A stretch of 38,707 nt of DNA from Candidatus Limnocylindrus sp. (GCA_046086645.1 JBJSXZ010000152.1:1-38707); one strand, 5' to 3'; positions 1-7,395 are shown, counted from the first letter of the stretch. Notes: generated by a model not told the origin, from the sequence alone. Made by a program: numbers and translations.

Positions 1-734
1 CCTGCAACCTTGAGATCTTCGGTGGTAACGGGGGTGCCATCGGTCTTCTCAGCGACCACGATACGGCCGAGTCGGGCACGCAGGTCGGCCAGGTTTGAGG
101 CGAGGGCAAGCACCGCCATGACCTCGCTTGCAACCGTAATCACCGTCTCTGACTCGCGCACGATGCCGTTTTCGCGCCCGCCAAGGCCGATGATCGTTTT
201 TCTGATTGCTCGATCGCTGATGTCGACAACGCGCGGCCAAGTGATGCTGCGCACATCAATGCCGAGCGCGTTGCCATGGTGTAGGTGGTTGTCGAGGAAT
301 GCCGCAGCGAGGTTGTGCGCCGCGCCGATCGCGTGGACGTCGCCCGTCAGGTGGAGGTTGAACTCTTCCATTGGAATCACCTGGCTGTAGCCCCCTCCCG
401 CCGCGCCGCCTTTAATGCCGAACACCGGGCCGAGTGAGGGCTGGCGGATTGCAACCGTGGCCTTATGTCCAATCACATTCAAGCCTTGAGCGAGGCCGAT
501 CGTTGTGGTGGTCTTCCCTTCGCCGAGCGGCGTGGGGGTGATTGCGGTAACGACGACATACTTGCCGCGGCTGCCGCGCTTCTCGAGTCGCTCAATCGCC
601 TCTATGCTGATCTTCGCCTTGGTCCGTCCGTACGGCTCTACCTCGTGATCGTGGAAGCCGAGTGCGCTGGCAATCTCGCCGATTGGTCTCGGGTTGACGC
701 TGCGCGCAATCTCAAGGTCAGACGGAAATCCCAT
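1..734 (-). CDS. fhs: formate--tetrahydrofolate ligase, N-terminal part (gene runs off the left edge)
   Basis: Absent from the ORF track because it is truncated. My minus-strand translation from ATG (rc of 732-734) reads [22 protein letters not shown]...[22 protein letters not shown]...[27 protein letters not shown], the typical Fhs N-terminus and P-loop. Confidence 0.9.
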   Translation of the reverse strand, partial: MGFPSDLEIARSVNPRPIGEIASALGFHDHEVEPYGRTKAKISIEAIERLEKRGSRGKYVVVTAITPTPLGEGKTTTTIGLAQGLNVIGHKATVAIRQPSLGPVFGIKGGAAGGGYSQVIPMEEFNLHLTGDVHAIGAAHNLAAAFLDNHLHHGNALGIDVRSITWPRVVDISDRAIRKTIIGLGGRENGIVRESETVITVASEVMAVLALASNLADLRARLGRIVVAEKTDGTPVTTEDLKVA

Positions 735-743
735 GGGGCGAGT

Positions 744-1613
744 CTACGCCCCCGCCTGACGTGCCGCCGCCCGCGCGGCTTGCAGGATAAGCATCGCATT
801 CGTCATGGGGCCTACGCCTCCTGGGACAGGGCTCAACCAGCCGTCTGGGCCCAGTACAGCATCGACACTTGCCGCATCGACATCGCCGACGATGCTTTCG
901 CCCCGAAGATGAATGCCGACGTCGACAACCACCGCTCCGCGCGCCACATGCTCGCCGCGCACGAGCCCTTCAACCCCGGCCGCGACGACAAGGATCTCTG
1001 CCGTGCGCGTCACGGCGCCCATGTCTGTCGTCCGTGAGTGAACGACCTCTACCTGAGCGCCTGCGAGGCGAAGGAGCTGTGCAACTGGACGACCGACAAC
1101 GGCGCTCCGGCCGACAACGACCGCCCTACGACCGGCAAGAGGAATCTCGTACATGCGGAGAAGCTCCATCACCGCTGCAGCGGTAGCGGGCAGCAACGTG
1201 CCGTCGAGCGTACCGGCGTCGAGCAGCGCTGCGCTCTCCGCCGTTAACCCGTCGACATCTTTGTGCACGGTGATGTGTTTGGCAACCGTCGCTCGATCAA
1301 CGCCGTCGGGGAGTGGCGACTGCAGGATGATGCCGGCAACGTCACGGTTCTCAGCTAGCTCGGCAATTGCGCGAGAGATGTCATCTGCTGTTGCATCACT
1401 TGCAAGGTTGATCGTCTTGGTCGCAAGCCCTGCCGCCGCAGCCTGCTTGAAAAGGCGCTCAGTATAGATCTGTGCGTCTGGCTGACGCGTGGCGATGACC
1501 GCCGCGAGTACTGGCGCTCGTCCATTTCGTGCGACGGTTGCTCGCGCCACCAGCGCTGCCGCCTCTTCAGCAAGCGGAGCTAGGCGCGGCTTCGCCGCAA
1601 GCGACCGACTCAC
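744..1613 (-). CDS. folD: bifunctional methylene-THF dehydrogenase / methenyl-THF cyclohydrolase
   Basis: ORF 744..1802 contains FolD hallmarks (GIILQSPLP, VVVGRSAVVGRP, PVPGGVGPMT). The long N-terminal extension overlaps fchA, so I start it at GTG (rc of 1611-1613), giving 289 aa. Start is uncertain. Confidence 0.88.
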   Translation of the reverse strand: MSRSLAAKPRLAPLAEEAAALVARATVARNGRAPVLAAVIATRQPDAQIYTERLFKQAAAAGLATKTINLASDATADDISRAIAELAENRDVAGIILQSPLPDGVDRATVAKHITVHKDVDGLTAESAALLDAGTLDGTLLPATAAAVMELLRMYEIPLAGRRAVVVGRSAVVGRPVAQLLRLAGAQVEVVHSRTTDMGAVTRTAEILVVAAGVEGLVRGEHVARGAVVVDVGIHLRGESIVGDVDAASVDAVLGPDGWLSPVPGGVGPMTNAMLILQAARAAARQAGA

Positions 1614-1623
1614 GCGTGGTGCC

Positions 1624-2232
1624 TCATGCAGATGGCGGTGCGGCGCGATCGAGATCGGCGAGCGCAGCAATGGTACGTTGTGCCAGTTGTGCGCGTGTTT
1701 CAGACTCTTCGATATAGGGAAGATTTGCCTCAACGTTCTCAGCGGCACTCCGTCCAGCGGCACGCGCAAAGCGACGCGCAACCTCAAGATCACTTGCGGC
1801 ACTTGCGAGCGACCGGTCTGTTAGCGCGGCTGCATCGTTCGCAATGGCAGTTGCAACTTGGAGTGTTTGCAGGGGGACTTCCGCTGCGCGCACTGCAGCG
1901 GCAGAAATCGCAACAGTGCGAGCCTCGCGCTCTTCGTTCGTGTTCTTTGGTAGGCGGAGCGCTTCAATGAATCCGGAATATGCAGCCGCATCGTCGTCGG
2001 CGTACTGGAGGAGTGTCATGCGCGCTGCTGCAGCACGATCGCGCGCTCCCTGCTGTAGCGCGGCATCGCCCCCATCGGGTTGCTTGGAAAGAGAGAGGCC
2101 GGCAACCATCTCGACGAGTGCGGCAGCCATGCCAGTGGCAACTGCGGCGGCCGACCCGCCGCCCGGCGCGGGGGTTGGCGCCGCAAGGGACGCAAGGTAG
2201 CTGGCAAGTGACTGGTCGGCAGGTTTCTCCAT
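1624..2232 (-). CDS. fchA: methenyl-THF cyclohydrolase / cyclodeaminase-family protein (FTCD C-terminal-like)
   Basis: ORF 1624..2331 trimmed to MEKPADQSLASYLASLAAPTPAPGGGSAAA. The GGGS motif and all-alpha sequence are typical of the cyclodeaminase/cyclohydrolase family. Context is folD and fhs. Confidence 0.78.
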   Translation of the reverse strand: MEKPADQSLASYLASLAAPTPAPGGGSAAAVATGMAAALVEMVAGLSLSKQPDGGDAALQQGARDRAAAARMTLLQYADDDAAAYSGFIEALRLPKNTNEEREARTVAISAAAVRAAEVPLQTLQVATAIANDAAALTDRSLASAASDLEVARRFARAAGRSAAENVEANLPYIEESETRAQLAQRTIAALADLDRAAPPSA

Positions 2233-2267
2233 CTGCCGATCGTAGCGGTGCGGCCGAGCCGCGGGTG

Positions 2268-2585
2268 TTAGGCGTGGCTGAGCACGCCTCCTGGCACCGC
2301 AACCGTTGACGCAAATGGCAGCGTCGCCCATGCATCGTCGAACGCCTCGATGCGCCAGGTTCTTGTCCGCTTGGCAAAGCTCAGCACGAGCGCGGCATCC
2401 TCGGTCTCAAGCTCCCAGAGGGTTCGTGGCCCAGTGGCGGCAGAAAAGACGCCCTGCTCGCGGCGGAGGGCGAGCACGCGGGTGACCTTGCGGGTGACCC
2501 CAGCGAAGGAGATCGCCTGTGGGGCACCCGTACGCCAGTGCGCCGTGACTGCCGCCTGGACTGGAACGATCGGTTGCATTGCCAT
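2268..2585 (-). CDS. hypothetical 105-aa protein, candidate SOS-regulated gene
   Basis: ORF 2268..2585. A strong SD GGGAGGAG (rc of 2594-2601) lies 8 nt before the ATG, and two LexA boxes plus a TTGACA lie upstream on the same strand. No TM segment and no motif I recognise. Confidence 0.6.
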   Translation of the reverse strand: MAMQPIVPVQAAVTAHWRTGAPQAISFAGVTRKVTRVLALRREQGVFSAATGPRTLWELETEDAALVLSFAKRTRTWRIEAFDDAWATLPFASTVAVPGGVLSHA

Positions 2586-2620
2586 CTCAATACTCCTCCC
2601 GTGTGGGGCTCCTGCTGATA

Positions 2621-2632
2621 GAACATCTGTTC
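2621..2632. promoter_or_regulatory. LexA (SOS/Cheo) box 1, GAACATCTGTTC
   Basis: Perfect GAAC-N4-GTTC palindrome in the orf105/rplI divergent intergenic region. It sits in the context ATAGAACATCTGTTC, shared with box 2. Confidence 0.8.
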
Positions 2633-2650
2633 TGCATGGCTAGTGTCATA

Positions 2651-2662
2651 GAACATCCGTTC
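2651..2662. promoter_or_regulatory. LexA (SOS/Cheo) box 2, GAACATCCGTTC
   Basis: Perfect GAAC-N4-GTTC, 30 bp centre to centre from box 1. It lies directly beside a TTGACA on the minus strand (rc of 2665-2670). Confidence 0.8.
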
Positions 2663-2733
2663 GGTGTCAAGAGGTGTTTTATGCGAGAATGACCACCTGC
2701 CAGCCGGCCACCCACCATGAAAGGAGCAGCGCC

Positions 2734-3180
2734 ATGAAGGTCATCCTCACCGCAGTTGTCCCGAAGCTCGGCAAGCCCGGCGACGTCAAAGAGGTTGCTG
2801 GGGGGTATGCCAAGAACTACCTCATCGCCAACGGCCTCGCCCTCCCCGCCAGCGATGGGAGCGCCAAGAAGATCGGGGACGCCATTGCCGCCCGCGTGCA
2901 AAAGGGCGAACGAGCCCGCAGCGAGAGCGAGGCATTCGCCCAGAAGATCAGCGCCACCATCCTCACCATGGGGGTAAAGGTCGGCGAGGGCGGGAAGCTC
3001 TTCGGTTCGGTAACGACCAAGGAGATCGCCGAAGCACTTGCCCGACGCGGCCTCGATATCGATAAGCACCAGGTGTTGCTCGACGAGCCTCTGAAGCAGC
3101 TCGGCTCGTACAAGTTGCAGGTGAAGGTTGCGCCGCATCTCGTCTCCGAGGTGACCGTCGTCATTGAACCAAAGGTCTAG
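2734..3180 (+). CDS. rplI: 50S ribosomal protein L9
   Basis: ORF 2674..3180 trimmed to MKVILTAVVPKLGKPGDVKEVAGGYAKNYL, the canonical L9 N-terminus. SD AAAGGAG lies upstream of ATG 2734. Confidence 0.9.
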   Translation: MKVILTAVVPKLGKPGDVKEVAGGYAKNYLIANGLALPASDGSAKKIGDAIAARVQKGERARSESEAFAQKISATILTMGVKVGEGGKLFGSVTTKEIAEALARRGLDIDKHQVLLDEPLKQLGSYKLQVKVAPHLVSEVTVVIEPKV

Positions 3181-3218
3181 CTACGCCTCCTGTCAGCGGG
3201 GTTCTTGGTCGTCGCATC

Positions 3219-4355
3219 CTGCACGTAGACCTTGATGCCTTCTTCGCATCGGTTGAGGTGCGCGACAACCCTGCGCTCGCCGGCAAACCGATTGCCGTCG
3301 GGTATAGCGAGGGCCAGCGTGGCGTCATCTGCGCCGCATCCTATGAGGCACGTGCATTCGGTGTGCGCGCAGCAACATCAACGCGCAGCGCGCTAACACG
3401 CTGCCCGCAGCTCATTCTCGTCGAACCACGGCACGATCGTTATGCGGAAGTTTCGCGCGAGGTCATGGAGGTGCTCAGCGCATGGTCACCAGTCATTGAG
3501 CAGGTGAGTGTCGACGAGGCGTACCTTGACCTTGGTGGTACCGAGCAACTGCTTGGATCTCTTGAAGATGCGGGACGTGGCTTGCGACGCGCCGTGCGCG
3601 CAGAGACTGGGCTGACAATCAGTGTGGGTGGAGCGACGAGCAAGGTTGTCGCCAAGGTCGCCTCTGATGCATCAAAGCCTGATGGGCTGCTTATCGTCCC
3701 GCCCGGGACTGAAGCAGCCTGGCTCGCCCCGCGCAAGGTAGGTGTAATCCCAGGTATCGGTCCTGTTGCCCGCGCAACGCTGCATGAACTTGAAATCACC
3801 ACGTGTGGGGATCTTGCCGTTGCCCACGACGATCACCTTTTGCGACGCTTTGGTCAGCACGGACCAACGTTGAAAAACCTTGCGCGCGGCATCGATGTGA
3901 CGCCGGTCGATGATGGGGGCGAGAGAAAGTCGCTCGGCCGCGAGATGACGCTCGATGAAGATGCATCTGATCCCGACATCCTTGCAGCACTTCTGCTCGG
4001 GCTAGTTGAAACCGTTGCATACGGGCTCCGCAGTGAAGGGCTCCTCGCTCGAACCGTCACCTTAAAGCTGAAGGACACCGAGTTCCAGACCGTCATCTGC
4101 CAGGTCAAACTCCCGCGACCAAGCGATCTCGCAGGTCCGATCTACGAAGCGGCGCGCGCCTTATTGCGTAAGACGGCGAAGGGGACCGCCTACCGCCTGA
4201 TCGGCATATCCGTCTCTGACCTTGGCGCGGATGAGCAACTTGGCCTGTTTGACGCCGCGCACTCTGCGCGTGACCGAGCGCTTACGAATGCGGCGGACAT
4301 CATGCGAAAGAAGTACGGGGACACGGCCGTGACGCGCGCGCGATTGATCGACTAA
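3219..4355 (+). CDS. dinB: DNA polymerase IV (Y-family), start codon unresolved
   Basis: ORF 3258..4355 has Y-family motifs (SYEARAFGV, SVDEAYLDL, SIGGATSKVVAKVASD). The same frame is open from 3168 and encodes ILHVDLDAFFASVE, the catalytic N-terminal motif, upstream of the first ATG/GTG/TTG. I place the start provisionally at CTG 3219. Confidence 0.85.
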   Translation: MHVDLDAFFASVEVRDNPALAGKPIAVGYSEGQRGVICAASYEARAFGVRAATSTRSALTRCPQLILVEPRHDRYAEVSREVMEVLSAWSPVIEQVSVDEAYLDLGGTEQLLGSLEDAGRGLRRAVRAETGLTISVGGATSKVVAKVASDASKPDGLLIVPPGTEAAWLAPRKVGVIPGIGPVARATLHELEITTCGDLAVAHDDHLLRRFGQHGPTLKNLARGIDVTPVDDGGERKSLGREMTLDEDASDPDILAALLLGLVETVAYGLRSEGLLARTVTLKLKDTEFQTVICQVKLPRPSDLAGPIYEAARALLRKTAKGTAYRLIGISVSDLGADEQLGLFDAAHSARDRALTNAADIMRKKYGDTAVTRARLID

Positions 4356-4367
4356 GTGATTCGTTTG

Positions 4368-5147
4368 CTACCGCCAGTACCCCAAGATTTCAACTAGACG
4401 CTCAGGTGTAACCCATGGGCCGAGCCGCACGCGCGGCAGCGAGAGTGACGAGTCGGTCGTCTCCCGCGCCCCCCACTGCGTCGTGAAGGCCATTTGAATT
4501 CCGGCAGAACGGACCGACGCAATGAGATTCGCTGATTGGTACCCATAAGGATACGCGAACGTTGTTGGTCGAACACCTGTCCACAGCTCAATTGCAGCTT
4601 GTGCGTCGCGGACAAGTGCGTCCGTCTCTGAACGATTGGCGAGCGGGTCAAATACATGGAGTGAGGTGTGGTTGCCGATCTCCATCCCTGCAAGGGCAAG
4701 CGCTTGCACCTGCTCTACGCTGAAGTACTTCTCGCGACCAACCTTATGCGTGATGACATAGAACGTTGCAACGAATCCGTGCTCTTGGAGAATTGGGAGG
4801 GCGTTCTCATACCCGTCGACCGTGCCGTCGTCAAAGGTTATGACGAAAGTTTTTCTTGGGATCGTGTCCCCGGCCGCCACTGCCGCGGCAAGTTGCGCCG
4901 CGGTGATCGTCTCCCAACCAGCATCGTCGAGCACCGCCATCTGCGCTGCGAACTTCGTTGGATTGACGAAGAGGCTCGGCCATATCGCATCAGCCGGTGC
5001 ACGTGCAATGCGGTGGTACATCAGAACAGGCACGTGATACACACGCCGGGCGCGGGCAACAACGGCAGTCGGTGCTGCCGACACCACTACACACGCGACG
5101 AGGATCAGTGCTCGAAGCAGAATGCGCATTCGAGCATCTTGGCGCAT
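4368..5147 (-). CDS. polysaccharide deacetylase (NodB domain), N-terminal signal/anchor
   Basis: ORF 4368..5147 has an N-terminal hydrophobic segment (ILLRALILVACVVVSAAP) and NodB motifs (ITFDDGTVDGY, GNHTSLH). The start could instead be the internal MRILL at 5129. Confidence 0.85.
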   Translation of the reverse strand: MRQDARMRILLRALILVACVVVSAAPTAVVARARRVYHVPVLMYHRIARAPADAIWPSLFVNPTKFAAQMAVLDDAGWETITAAQLAAAVAAGDTIPRKTFVITFDDGTVDGYENALPILQEHGFVATFYVITHKVGREKYFSVEQVQALALAGMEIGNHTSLHVFDPLANRSETDALVRDAQAAIELWTGVRPTTFAYPYGYQSANLIASVRSAGIQMAFTTQWGARETTDSSLSLPRVRLGPWVTPERLVEILGYWR

Positions 5148-5204
5148 CGCGACAGGGTGGGTGGGCTGGCCAGGTTCCCACCTGTAGTCATGCGTGCCAG
5201 CTAG

Positions 5205-5233
5205 TTGACAAAATTCCGAACAGCCGTTCTAAT
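5205..5233 (+). promoter_or_regulatory. lexA promoter with embedded LexA box (GAACAGCCGTTC at 5218-5229)
   Basis: TTGACA (5205-5210), a 17-nt spacer, then TCTAAT (5228-5233). A perfect GAAC-N4-GTTC spans the spacer and the -10. The ATG of lexA begins 7 nt after the -10. Confidence 0.7.
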
Positions 5234-5239
5234 AAGGGC

Positions 5240-5884
5240 ATGACGAAACATGAGCACAACCGGAAGGCGCGAATCCTCCAGGCCATCGCTGAGGGGGTGC
5301 GCCGGAATGGCACCCCTCCAACCGTGCGCGAGATTGCCGACTTCGTCGGGCTCTCGGCCCCCTCTGCCGTCCACCATCACCTGGAGACGCTCGAGCGGGA
5401 GGGTTTGATCGAGCGCGGCGCTGGGCTCTCGCGCGCCATTCGCCTCACCTCACGCGCACACGCCCTCCTCGAGATCGACGAGATCGAGCCGGTTTCAGCG
5501 CCGATGCGCGCGCGCGACCTTGTCGTCGTGGGCCAGATCGCTGCAGGCGGCCCCATCGAGGCGTACGAAGAGCGCGCCGAGACCGTTGCCGTGCCAGAGT
5601 TCATGTCGACCCCCGACTCCTATCTCCTGAAGATCCGCGGCGACTCTATGATCGAGGCGCAGATTGCCGACGGCGACTACGTGGTGATTAAGCCTGGAAG
5701 TGTGGCGAGCGATGGTGACATCGTTGTCGCTCAGGTTGAAGAGAATGCCGTCACGCTGAAGCAGATCTTCCGCGAGCAGGGGCGCGTGCGGCTCCAGCCA
5801 GCGAATAAGTCGTATCCGCCGATGTACTACCCAACGGTGACCGTGCAGGGCGTGCTCGTGGGAGTTCTGCGCCGCGTTCACTAA
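5240..5884 (+). CDS. lexA: LexA repressor
   Basis: ORF 4997..5884 trimmed to MTKHEHNRKARILQAIAEGVRRNGTPPTVREIADFVGLSAPSAVHHHLETLEREGLI (wHTH). It has an AG cleavage-site region (VVGQIAAGGP) and an S24 peptidase domain (GDSM...VTLK). Confidence 0.95.
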   Translation: MTKHEHNRKARILQAIAEGVRRNGTPPTVREIADFVGLSAPSAVHHHLETLEREGLIERGAGLSRAIRLTSRAHALLEIDEIEPVSAPMRARDLVVVGQIAAGGPIEAYEERAETVAVPEFMSTPDSYLLKIRGDSMIEAQIADGDYVVIKPGSVASDGDIVVAQVEENAVTLKQIFREQGRVRLQPANKSYPPMYYPTVTVQGVLVGVLRRVH

Positions 5885-5900
5885 CGCGCACCTGTGCGCG
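5885..5900 (+). terminator. possible stem-loop after lexA (CGCGCA-cctg-TGCGCG)
   Basis: A 6-bp GC stem with a 4-nt loop starts 1 nt after the lexA stop. There is no U-tract, so terminator function is uncertain. Confidence 0.3.
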
Positions 5901-5913
5901 ACATGCCAAAGAG

Positions 5914-5922
5914 TTATCCACA
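5914..5922 (+). promoter_or_regulatory. perfect consensus DnaA box TTATCCACA
   Basis: Exact 9/9 match to the DnaA-box consensus, about 100 nt upstream of dnaB. Confidence 0.5.
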
Positions 5923-5943
5923 GAAATTCTTCAATTCAGTCTG

Positions 5944-5976
5944 TTTCGTGGAGAGATTCTCGCCCTTTCGTGGAGA
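5944..5976 (+). repeat. direct repeat TTTCGTGGAGA x2, 22-bp period
   Basis: Identical 11-mers at 5944-5954 and 5966-5976. The reverse complement (TCTCCACGA) resembles a degenerate DnaA box (6/9), and AGATCCACC at 5974-5982 is another 6/9 match. Confidence 0.4.
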
Positions 5977-6018
5977 TCCACCTAGAGCCGTCGCCGACTT
6001 TTTGCGAGGATACGCCCT

Positions 6019-7395
6019 ATGACAGGATCACTTCCCCCGCAATCATCTGAAGCTGAAGAGTCGGTGCTTGGCGCACTCTTAATCGATGCGACAGCCATGG
6101 ACGAGGTCGGCTCGATCCTTGGGCCGGGTGACTTCTATAAGCCGGCGAATGCCAAGGTATACGCGGCTATCCAGGCGTTGCATGCTAAGGCGCAGCCGAT
6201 AGATATCCTCACAGTATCCGAAGAGTTGGAGCGACGCGGCCAGATTGAGGAGATTGGCGGACGTGCGGCACTTGCCGATCTCTGCGATCGAACGCCGACG
6301 GCAGTGCATGCGCCGCAGTACGCACGGATCATTGAGCGCAAGTCGATGCTGCGCGGCCTCATCAGTGCGGCGGGAAAGATTGCAGCAATCGGCTACGAAG
6401 ATTCAGCCGACGCGGGTGAGGCCGTCGACCGCGCCGAGTCGGAACTCTTCGCGATCAGTCAGAAGCGTGCGGTTGGCGGCTTCACTGCACTCGGCAAGTT
6501 GCTCCATCAGGCCTACGATCGGCTCGACTTCCTTCACCAGCATCGTGGCCAGCTTATGGGGCTGCGAACCGGACTCCATGCGATAGACACGATCATGCAA
6601 GGGCTCCAAAAGTCGGACTTCATCGTGCTTGCTGCGCGACCTTCGGTAGGTAAGACCTCGCTTGCACTGAACATTGCGGAGAACGTCGCCATGAAGGAGG
6701 GGAAGTCGGTCGGCGTCTTCTCGCTCGAAATGAGCAAGGAGCAGCTAGTCTTGCGCCTCCTTTCAAGCGTGACGAACATCGACTCGTACAACCTACGCAG
6801 CGGCTACCTAAAAGAGCTCGACTTTCCGAAGATTGCCGACGCGATGGCAAAACTTGAGCAGGCGAAGATCTTCATCGACGATACGGCGAGCATCTCGGTC
6901 ATGGAGCTGCGCACAAAGGCACGTCGACTGAAGATGGAACATAGCCTTGACCTTCTCATCGTCGACTACCTGCAGTTAATGCAGCCAGGGCAAATGAGCC
7001 GCGATGGGAACCGAGTCCAAGAGGTTTCCGAAATCTCTCGCGGCCTGAAGGCGCTGGCGCGTGAACTTGAGATCCCTGTCATTGCCCTTTCGCAGCTGTC
7101 GCGCCAGATGGAGAATCGCGAGAAGCGCGTGCCGCGCCTATCAGACCTGCGGGAGTCTGGTGCAATCGAGCAGGATGCCGACGTCGTAATCTTCCTCTAC
7201 CGCGAGGGAACGGAGCAATCAGAGGATGTCAACGTGAAAGGAGAAACGATCAACTTCAGTGTTGCGAAGCATCGCAACGGACCAACGGGCGGCGGTCAGC
7301 TTTGGTTCATCAAGGACCAAACAAGGTTTGTCACGTTGGTGCCGACGCGCGGAGATGCCCAAGAGAGCGCGATGGAGAGCGAGTCGGTACTCTAG
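6019..7395 (+). CDS. dnaB: replicative DNA helicase
   Basis: 458 aa. It has the N-terminal motif PPQSSEAEESVLGALL, Walker A (ARPSVGKTS), Walker B (LLIVDYLQLM) and RESGAIEQDADVV. There is no intein-sized insertion. Confidence 0.95.
   Translation: MTGSLPPQSSEAEESVLGALLIDATAMDEVGSILGPGDFYKPANAKVYAAIQALHAKAQPIDILTVSEELERRGQIEEIGGRAALADLCDRTPTAVHAPQYARIIERKSMLRGLISAAGKIAAIGYEDSADAGEAVDRAESELFAISQKRAVGGFTALGKLLHQAYDRLDFLHQHRGQLMGLRTGLHAIDTIMQGLQKSDFIVLAARPSVGKTSLALNIAENVAMKEGKSVGVFSLEMSKEQLVLRLLSSVTNIDSYNLRSGYLKELDFPKIADAMAKLEQAKIFIDDTASISVMELRTKARRLKMEHSLDLLIVDYLQLMQPGQMSRDGNRVQEVSEISRGLKALARELEIPVIALSQLSRQMENREKRVPRLSDLRESGAIEQDADVVIFLYREGTEQSEDVNVKGETINFSVAKHRNGPTGGGQLWFIKDQTRFVTLVPTRGDAQESAMESESVL

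Noticed and set aside
2233-2620. Looked for a ZTP (pfl) or THF riboswitch upstream of the fchA-folD-fhs operon, since fhs/folD are classic ZTP-regulated genes
   Set aside because: On the minus strand I found no GGGTCGTGACCGGGCG / CCGCCTGGGCA-like sub-domains. The only CCGCCTGGA (about 2552-2560) is on the plus strand, inside orf105 and in the wrong orientation.
2681-2692. Mini-ORF ATG-CGA-GAA-TGA and the longer in-frame ATG 2689 upstream of rplI
   Set aside because: The L9 N-terminus MKVIL with a good SD at 2734 is canonical. The upstream ATGs lack an SD and would add a non-conserved extension.
3205-3228. Programmed -1 frameshift joining TTG 3205 to the dinB frame
   Set aside because: There is no slippery X-XXY-YYZ heptamer or downstream structure at the required shift site (GTC-GCA-T). 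A non-canonical start or an assembly indel is more parsimonious. This is noted within the dinB finding.
4997-5239. 81-aa N-terminal extension of the lexA ORF
   Set aside because: It overlaps the deacetylase gene and the lexA promoter/operator. The LexA wHTH begins right after ATG 5240.
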